Part shown: positions 55,467 through 64,000 of the stretch, piece after piece
Numbering within the stretch: position 1 is the first letter of the stretch
How the letters are laid out: each line of letters opens with the position of its first letter
Source of the DNA: Eledone cirrhosa
Lineage: Eukaryota
Assembly (NCBI GenBank): GCA_964016885.1
Contig: OZ024741.1
Span: 99,758,001 to 99,822,000 of the forward strand
DNA: 64,000 nucleotides
Direction of reading: 5' to 3'
Position numbers and translations under genes: made by a program
The notes under the pieces: model-generated
What the model was told of the DNA's origin: nothing
Database searches by the model: none
What the model saw: only the letters and a program-made list of their open reading frames with translations

Positions 55467-57119
55467 ATCCCTAAAGTACATAAAAGCGAATCAATCAGTA
55501 AGGCATGCAAGGAAGCCACAGACATAGTCATCAATGTTCCCTCACCCAATGATCTCAAATTAAGACCTATAATAGCAGGCCCCGCTTGCGAAACGCACCG
55601 TCTTAGCAACTTCATTGATACCCTTCTCAAACCCTTCCTCAAGCACATCAAAAGCTATATAAGGGACGACCTAGATATGCTCAATCACCTCCCTAATATG
55701 CCACTTTCTGAACAAACCCTACTAGTGACGTTCGATGTAGTCAACCTATACTCCAACATCCCCCACAACCTAGGAATAGAAGCTATCCAATTCTGGCTGG
55801 ATAATTTCCACAATGAACTCCCACAACGCATCAAAAAAGAATTCGTGATAGAGGGACTCAAATTTATCTTGGAGAACAATTACTTCGTTTTCAATAACAA
55901 ACCCTACAGGCAGAAATCTGGGACCGCTATGGGAACGAAAACAGCCCCTACTTATGCCAACCTAATCATGGGATACCTGGAAATCACCCTCTACACTAAA
56001 GTCCTAAACAAATTTGGAAACACCCTCCACTTACACATTGAAAGGAACTGGAAGCGATATCTAGATGACTGCTTCATTCTTTGGCACGAAAACATCGAAA
56101 AACTTAAAGAATTTCACACCCTTATAAATGGGCTCAACACAAATATTAACTTCACGATGGAATACAGCCATCAACAACTCCCCTTCCTCGACATCCTCAT
56201 TAAGATCCATAACAAAAAAATAGAAACAGACATATACTACAAGCCCACAGACTCCAAGCAATATCTCCCCTTCAACTCTTGCCACCCTAGACACGTTAAA
56301 ATTAACATTCCCTACAACTTAGCCAAGAGAATCTGTACTATAGTCTCCAATAAAAACATCTGCTACTTACGGCTACAAGAACTAAAGGACACACTCATAG
56401 GCAGGGACTACCCTGCATCACTAATTGACAATGGAATCCAACGTGCCCTAAAACTCAGTACCCAGGACCTTAGACACCCTAAAATAAATCAACCAAAACT
56501 AAAAGCTCTTCCATACATCTCCACACACAACCCCCTCAACAATGAGGCCTTTGATACCATCCACCAGAACATCCCTGTATTGAAAAAGGACCATAGAATG
56601 AACCAAATTCTACGAACACACGATATCATAAAGAGCAAAAGACAATCCAAGTCAATGAAAAACAGCTTAACACATGCCAAAGTACTGCCAACCACAACAA
56701 CGAAACCCACAGTAAAAAAATGCGATAGACCAAACTGTGGCATTTGCATCAACCTAATAGAGGGTTCGGAATTCTATTTCAAAGATGGACAACGTTTTAT
56801 AGTAAAACACAATTTCACATGTGCATCGGAAAATCTAATATATGTATTAACTTGTTCAGGTTGTCGAGAACAATACATAGGCCAGACCAAAAACAGCCTC
56901 CGCCAACGCATGACTGTCCATAGATCCCAAATTAAAATACGGGAATACAGGAAAATACCACTGAGTGAACACATTGATACCTGTGCCGCCCAAAATCATC
57001 CCAACTTCAGAATCTTTCCCCTCTACAAATTTAAAGATAATGCCACCCACACCGACCGCATCAGCAAGGAATCTTACTTCATTAACAAATACGGACCCTG
57101 TCTAAACACTTCTCCCTAA
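55467..57119 (+). CDS. PLE reverse transcriptase + GIY-YIG endonuclease, 5'-truncated but uninterrupted
   Basis: Frame is open from the inversion junction (IPKVHK...LRPIIAG) through FDVVNLYSNIP, GTAMGT, RYLDD, LPFLD and YYKPT. It ends with CDRPNCGIC (Neptune-type Cys motif), NLIYVLTC..C..QYIGQT...R...H, and E..FI...LN. Confidence 0.92.
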   Translation: MPKVHKSESISKACKEATDIVINVPSPNDLKLRPIIAGPACETHRLSNFIDTLLKPFLKHIKSYIRDDLDMLNHLPNMPLSEQTLLVTFDVVNLYSNIPHNLGIEAIQFWLDNFHNELPQRIKKEFVIEGLKFILENNYFVFNNKPYRQKSGTAMGTKTAPTYANLIMGYLEITLYTKVLNKFGNTLHLHIERNWKRYLDDCFILWHENIEKLKEFHTLINGLNTNINFTMEYSHQQLPFLDILIKIHNKKIETDIYYKPTDSKQYLPFNSCHPRHVKINIPYNLAKRICTIVSNKNICYLRLQELKDTLIGRDYPASLIDNGIQRALKLSTQDLRHPKINQPKLKALPYISTHNPLNNEAFDTIHQNIPVLKKDHRMNQILRTHDIIKSKRQSKSMKNSLTHAKVLPTTTTKPTVKKCDRPNCGICINLIEGSEFYFKDGQRFIVKHNFTCASENLIYVLTCSGCREQYIGQTKNSLRQRMTVHRSQIKIREYRKIPLSEHIDTCAAQNHPNFRIFPLYKFKDNATHTDRISKESYFINKYGPCLNTSP

Positions 57120-57614
57120 GACGAACCCACAACATACACACGTCAACATACATACCTACATCAGCACACATCTCTACCCACATATAAACACAATGACACA
57201 CGTAAACACACATGCTCTATGGTGCAATACAAAAAAATATATGTGCATATATATGTATGTATATATGTATATATATATATATATGTATGTAGTGAATATG
57301 TGTATGTGTGTATATATATATAGTGAATATCATTTCGCACCTTTTATTGTTAAGATTTTTGATGTTCTATTAAGAGAACCGATTTTACTAAAAAAATCGA
57401 ATAATGTACACCATTTTACCAGGGGGAAAAAAATACTGGTCCCCCCCCCCCACACACATATATACACAAACACATACACACGCGTACATCAACATACAAA
57501 GAGACTTATACACACACACACACACACACACACACAAGCACTTCTCCGTATAAGACAAAAGCTGAAAAATATCTTTTGACCTTCGAATGACTCTGCTATA
57601 TACACACACACACA

Positions 57615-57659
<45 letters not shown>

Positions 57660-57749
57660 ATCTTAATAGCCATTTGACACACACCGCTGCTGGCCATTGT
57701 CGCAGCATCGAACACCTTACTACTACTACTACACACACACACACACACA

Positions 57750-57796
<47 letters not shown>

Positions 57797-57821
57797 TTGT
57801 TGTGAAAGAGTCATTTCTCAA

Positions 57822-58048
57822 TCTTGGCGCAAAACCAATTTTTTATCCACATGACCTCCACCGACCAATCAAAATTGTTTTGACCAAGAATTTTTGCTGG
57901 AGCCACTTTTTTAACATAAAAACAGTCTTGGCGCAAAATCAACTTTTTACATTCACATGACCTCTACCGACCAATCAAAATTGTTTTGACCACAAGCATT
58001 TTTGCAACACAAAAATAACGCTGGAGCCACTTTTTTAACATAAAAACA
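57822..58048 (+). repeat. Internal ~104-bp tandem duplication in the pseudo-LTR, mirrored at about 54397-54623
   Basis: TCTTGGCGCAAAA...CACATGACCTC.ACCGACCAATCAAAATTGTTTTGACC...GCTGGAGCCACTTTTTTAACATAAAAACA occurs twice. Confidence 0.85.
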
Positions 58049-58304
58049 AGTAGAATTCCCGAAACTAATCAGATCAGAGCAAACAGCACGGACACTCTAT
58101 CTCAAAATTATTTTTGAAAAGCATTTAGAAATGCGCAACCGGTAAAGACTTAAAAACTTAAAACCACAACTGAATACTAACCCATACAATCAATAATACT
58201 CTTTTATTCCTAATTAAACCATTTTTCAACTGTGAACAATTTGTCAGCATTTTCTATTCCGTTTACCAATATATAATAACTTGTGTGTTACACCTCTATT
58301 ATTT

Positions 58305-58369
<65 letters not shown>

Positions 58370-58371
58370 AT

Positions 58372-59550
58372 AATTTTTTCATCAGCTCAAATACAAATAT
58401 ATTACACAGAGAGAAGTGTGTTACACAGTGAGATGTGTGTAAACAATTATTACATGTGAGTTTAACCGTTACTGTATAGAGAACAATACCTACAGGTTAG
58501 CAATTAAATAGAAAAAAGCTAAGTCAGAATCAAATCTCTGAAGTAGAGTTTTAAATTACTAACCTTATAACTATAAGCTTGCTGATACGAATTTAGTTCG
58601 TTTCACCAGAGAAATGTGCAGTGCAACAGCCCATAGGATCCTCAGTCAGCAAGTATGGGTGTTGTTCACGACACATCTAGCCTAATGGATAGAGAGAAAG
58701 CTAATAACACGCGTTCCAGAGTAGGGCGAAATCACGTGTTATTTGCATCAACGGTTAAACTCACATGTAATAATTTTTTACACACATCTCACTGTGTAAC
58801 ACACTTCTCTCTGTGTAATATATTTGTATTTGAGCTCAGATGAAAATTCTCTTTTATCGAGCTAATATTATTATTAATTTGGCAGTATCGGTAGAGGGTC
58901 GGACGCCATGCTTTGCAGCACAGTTACGTCCCTTTTCGGACTAAGTTTAAATCCCGCCGAGATCAACTTTGCCTTTCATCCTTACGGGGTCGATACAATA
59001 AAGTACCAGTGATGCACTAAGATAAATGCTGGTCTTGTACCAAAAGTAGAAACAATTATTATTACTGTGAACTGCAGAATACTTTAATTCCGATCTTTGT
59101 ATATTTAACGAGCTCCAGATTGTTGAGCTAATAAATTCGATGGTTGGGCTGCTCACTCTTGCATTTTCCCCAATTCATGAGAGCCGTTATTTGATGCAAA
59201 TAACACGTGATTTTGCCCTACTCTGGAAAGCGTGTTATTATATTTCTCTCTATCCATTAGGCTAGATGTGTCGTGAACAACACCCATACTTGCTGACTGA
59301 GGTTCCTATGGGCTGTTGCACTGCACATTTCTCTGGTGAAACGAACTAAATTCGTATCAGCAAGCTTATAGTTATAAGGTTAGTAATTTAAAACTCTACT
59401 TCAGAGATTTGATTCTGACTTAGCTTTTTTCTATTTAATTGCTAACCTGTAGGTATTGTTCTCCATACAGTAACGGTTAAACTGACATGTAACAATTTTT
59501 TACACACATCTCACTGTGTAACACACTTCTCTCTGTGTAATATATTTGTA
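58372..59550. repeat. Nested inverted-repeat element with a SINE in the spacer
   Basis: About 58392-58750 is the reverse complement of about 59186-59550; about 58375-58470 is also the reverse complement of about 58750-58848; TA-flanked. Confidence 0.85.
58878..59062 (+). mobile_element. tRNA-derived SINE
   Basis: TTGGCAGTATCGGTAGAGGGTCGG head, TTTGCCTTTCATCCTTACGGGGTCGATA core, (ATT)n on both sides. Confidence 0.85.
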
Positions 59551-59669
<119 letters not shown>

Positions 59670-62496
59670 ATATATATACTCAAAAGATGTCCTGAGAACC
59701 AAAGGATAACGACACTCTTTTAAATATTTCATCATTATCAATGCTTAAATTACGGACTTGATTTTGCATTGAGGTGTTTATTTAAAGCTAGATGAAGTAT
59801 GACTTCGATGAGTAAAATGCATTGATCATGAAAAAAATGATATGAACACTTGATCTAATTTCTCATATCATAATCTTTACTCTCTTTACTCCAAAAAGAT
59901 ACGAATCAGAGATGCAAATAAATTATTAAGATATTCCCCAAAGGGCGTTAGCGTGGAATCTTTATTCCAAACACACATATTAATAATCCTCAGCACAATT
60001 TTTATCAGCATTTACTTTACAGCTCAGATAATAATAATAATAATCCACAAGTAACCATTAGCGTTGTATAGTTAGGAAATACCCATCAGACGAGAATAAA
60101 AATAACACTGCAAATACGTTAGATGTGGTGTTCAATTATTCACGAATCAAGTTATGTCAAGTGTAAAGTGAATATCAGAGCCTTTAGCTCTATATCCTCA
60201 TCGATCATGACGAAAAGCGAGAGAATATGTGGGTGTGTAAGTTTGGACAGTGAAATGAAGCTTTATAAGTTATGAATAAAATTAATCAGTAACTATAATC
60301 TTTTTGAAACCACAAAGAAATATTTTATTCATTCTTTTGTTTGAAGAGAATTTCGATCATAGAATATGATATTCATCTTTATTTTCAAAATTATTTGAAG
60401 AAGAGAATACGAAAATATGTGATGGTATTTATATTTGTAAAAATGTGAGATGAATGCCGAGAAGTGTTTAAATAACAAGAAAAAGAATACATTTTTACAC
60501 TTCTTCGTCTCATATTCACTGGTAAACTTCTCGCTTTTGAAGCCAATATTTCAAGTGATTGTAAATCGTGAAGACGTTTAAAAAATATAAAATGTATTTT
60601 TTTTCTTTAAAGATAAATATCCACTTAGTTGTATGTATGTGTTTCATTCGAAGAAAGATAAAATGAAAAAAAAAACTGTAAAATAACACTCACACACACA
60701 TATATATATATATCTAAACCAATGCGGCATAATCCATTAATAAATATTTAAAAGGGTGAAAAAAAGAACCACGCATTGAATGATATCAAATGAGATACAG
60801 TTGTATTAATATATTTTCTTTGTTTAGTGACGCAGTACGTGAAATTATTTGGAAACAGGTAGTAGCCAGAGAAATTTGAAATTCAAAATCAAAATGTGTT
60901 AGTTGAAGATTGAGAGCGAGCTACCATTTATGTCCACTGAGCACTAGCTCTGTTAAACTTCATGTTTCTTTCCAAACCATCATGGAGAAAGTGTTTGATC
61001 AGATAGAAATAGCAGCAAAATTATTTCAAAACACACCTATTATTAAAAAAAATAAAGATTCATTTGATAATGTGTTTAGGGAAAATCGTGATCGTAATTC
61101 AAGTACAAATCGAGTTTATCGGGACTAAGCTCCCCTTAAATAACAACCGATGCATTCTAGTGTTGAAACTTTGATGAGCCCTGATGATTCTGGTCATGGG
61201 ATTAAAAACATTACAGCCACGTCCATCCAAGCTTGTTAGAGATATGATGAGTCTTTGTGTATTCCTTTTTTTAAATATGGGATGTTGTAAGGTTAAATGA
61301 CACTTCTCACATTCATAGCAATTAGAGCAACCGAATAAAGATACCTTTGTTTATTAGTCAAAGACAATCATTTGTATGGAATGCCTAACTATAGACATTT
61401 GAAATGACGTAGTTTGATTAGAAAGCAGTACACAACAAAGCCAGACTACTTCAGTTAAATATCGTTACTTTGAATCAGATAAATCCAAGAAAATAGGAAC
61501 GTCCTGTATCACACACATTTCAGATGAAAACCGGATTGATATTTAGGAGAGTTAATAGAAACAAATATAGGCATTAAAAGCGATAAGAGATTCTTTTAAA
61601 TTTCTTATCGCATCATCCAATTTTGTTGGTGCTTGTAGAAGCTTAGCATTAACAATAATATTTTCTACCTCTGAAGCCACAGATAAATATGTTGGACAGA
61701 ACAGACTAAAAACGGTAGCGGAAAAGATTCATGCTTCAGATGAAGATAGCGGAAATAACTATCTAACACACTTCTTGTAGATATAATAAAATGAAAAAGA
61801 AAAATCATCATGAAAAAAATAAAGAAGAAAATGCGGATATAGAGAGAAACAGCATGCAGTAAGTATCCAATTAGCAACACGTTAGCATAACAAATAACAG
61901 ATCTGCTTCTATTTGTTGGCACATCCCATGAGAGTGTTTCCCCAGGGAGTATTTCCCCAGGTAACCTGCGAAAAAAGAAAATATGGAAACACATCCTTTC
62001 AATAGGTTACTAAGACTTCTTCGATCATCAATTCAACGAAAGGAAAATATCGCTAAATGTCATCAAATGTTTAGAAATGAAATAAGATTCCTTAAATCAT
62101 GTAATGAAAACTTCGTCTGGCTTAGTCTATTTTCATAGCATGATGCCGACAAGGAGCCAAGTCTGTCGAAGTGTCGGCGCCTGTTTCTCAGCAGGCGTTT
62201 TTGGCGGGTACACACAAACATCTAAGCACAGACACACATATACATTCTGGCATACAGACACACATACGCAAGCAAGTAAACACATATGTACTAACAGCAA
62301 ATAAATAAGAAAATATATTTCTGTGTATTCTCTTGTAGTATCTCTGTCCCAAGGGTCAATAACGCACAATGATAAACATATGGTTTAAAGGGTCGATTCC
62401 TGAATTCGTATTCATTTTCATGTCTCGTCTGCTGAATTCGTCTGTCTCACTTAAAAGATAACTTATGTATTTTAAACCATGTATGTATGTATGTAT

Positions 62497-62790
62497 GTTA
62501 TCTCTTTCTCTTAATTTCGAGTATATTTTTTGACCGGCCACCTTCCTGGTGGCAAGGTTGTAAAAGAAGAGAAATTGTCATCCCTTGAATCGCAAGAATG
62601 TTTTGTAAATTTTGAAGGTGCCAGCTATCGCAGCCATTTGTAGACTATGAATTAGGGAGATGCGCACTCTGTCCGCAAATCCAAGTTCAGTCATACATTG
62701 GTCCAAGTGGGTTGGTATATAACTCGTAGCTCCAATAATGATGGGTATGAAGCTAAAGGTGTATCTTGGATACTGTATTTGTAAACTCCT
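62497..62790 (-). mobile_element. 3' end of an RLE LINE (C-terminus + 3' UTR) flanked by (ATGT)n
   Basis: SLQIQYPRYTFSFIPIIIGATSYIP...LQMAAIAGTFKIYKTFLRF* matches the RLE C-terminal pattern (P.IIGA.G...Q.A.L.GT..I) and resembles LQILHPDYTFRFMHVIIG at 16.4 kb. Confidence 0.8.
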
Positions 62791-62850
62791 GTATGAATGT
62801 ATGTATGTATGTATGTATGTATGTATGTATGTATGTATGTATGTATGTAT

Positions 62851-63838
62851 GTTCTTTTTGGTAAATATCATATTGGTTAAGAGAGTGGGACTGGCTTTGT
62901 GCAGTGCCTTTGCTCACTATAAAAGCTTCACGGCATAGGCATTGCTTTATATCTGGAGATCTCTCTGCACTTGTCGTCACATGGTACCATGGGCCCAGCA
63001 CTATGTGTCAATAATTGTCGCAATTTTAGTGTTTGTACCAGAGTTTTCAAGTCGCTGGCTGGACTAAAATGTCACACTCGTTCAGCGCATCGGAAGGGGT
63101 TCTCCTACATGGATATAAAGTAGTGGCCGTACTCGAAAACGAGTTGGCAGCCACCATGTATGTATGTATGCATGTATGTATGTATGTATGTATGTATGTA
63201 TGTATGTATGTATGTATGTATGTATGTATGTCAGGTCACCAGTTGGTGCTACTGGTAACATGTATACCAGTACAACCTGTCTCATGGTCGGGTCGTTGGT
63301 GACTAAACTGGCAACCCCACCAAGGTTTCCTGGTGAGAAGGGTGACTTTGGACATCCTGCAGGACTAAAAACAAAACCTGTCAAAGGGCAAAGGAGCTCT
63401 TAAGAGTCAATGGCCATCCAAAATCACCGGGAGAGATGACCCCTTAGTCTTTGTCAAGGCAGAATTCTATGAGAAGGAAAACTCTGATATAACACCTGCA
63501 ACCCTGATAGTATCCAATGATGTTGACTTGTTCTTCTTTTTGGTAAATATCATCTTGGTTAAGAGAGTGGGACTGGCTTTGTGCAGTGCCTTTGCTCACT
63601 ATAAAAGCTTCACGGCACAGGCATTGCTTTATATCTGGAGATCTCTCTGCACTTGTCATCACATGGTACCATGGGCCCAGCACTATGTATCAATAATTGT
63701 CACAAGTGTAGTGTTTGTACCAGAGTTTTGAAGTGGCTGGCTGGACTAAAAAGTCACACTCGTTCAGCGCATCGGTAGGGGTTCTCCTACATGGATATAA
63801 AGTAGTGGCCGTACTCGAAAACGAGTTGGCAGCCACCA
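62851..63838. repeat. Two copies of an unclassified module (62851-63156 and 63231-63838) sharing a right end, each bounded by (ATGT)n
   Basis: 62851-63156 is nearly identical to about 63533-63838; both end ...GAGTTGGCAGCCACC(ATGT)n. Confidence 0.85.
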
Positions 63839-63852
63839 TGTATGTATGTATG

Positions 63853-64000
63853 TTTTCTCTTTCTCTTAATTTTGAGTATATTTTTTGACCGGCCACCTTC
63901 CTGGTGGCAAGGTTGTAAAAGAAAAGAAATTGTCATCCCTTGAATCGCAAGAATGTTTTGCAAATTTTGAAGGTGCCAGCTATCGCAGCCATTTGTAGAC
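63853..64000 (-). mobile_element. Second copy of the RLE LINE 3' end; continues beyond the window
   Basis: Nearly identical to 62497-62644. Confidence 0.85.

Larger units (their letters stand above)
54174..58310 (+). mobile_element. Neptune-type Penelope-like element with inverted upstream pseudo-LTR
   Basis: 54174-55466 is the reverse complement of 56998-58270; RT + GIY-YIG ORF in between; 40-bp unpaired tail 58271-58310; (TA)n flanks. Confidence 0.92.

Noticed and set aside
63780-63840. HDV-like ribozyme at the end of the (ATGT)n-bounded module
   Set aside because: Only a nested hairpin is evident; I could not build the P1.1/P2/P3 pseudoknot.

Overview
AT-rich, microsatellite-dense eukaryotic DNA, most likely cephalopod (Octopus-like SINEs, recognised from memory). 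No host protein-coding gene can be confidently called. The window is dominated by retroelements. It holds a near-full-length two-ORF Tx1/L1-clade LINE (1362-7153) inside an (ATT)n tract, and several R4/Dong-type restriction-like-endonuclease (RLE) LINE fragments. There is a 5'-truncated Neptune-type Penelope-like element (PLE; RT + GIY-YIG) framed by ~1.3-kb inverted repeats (54174-58310), plus decayed PLE and RTE copies, tRNA-derived SINEs and a Helitron 3' end. The most notable non-coding signals are: minimal hammerhead-ribozyme motifs, including one on each arm of a 500-bp palindrome; a ~560-bp head-to-tail repeat with a hammerhead-like core; a recurring 'inverted end + tail' PLE architecture from 54 bp to 4 kb, always in (TA)n; and an RLE family found beside (ATGT)n tracts with a covarying 3'-UTR hairpin. 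Most ORFs in the supplied track are microsatellite or antisense artefacts. All alignments and folds were done by eye, so boundaries of decayed elements are approximate.
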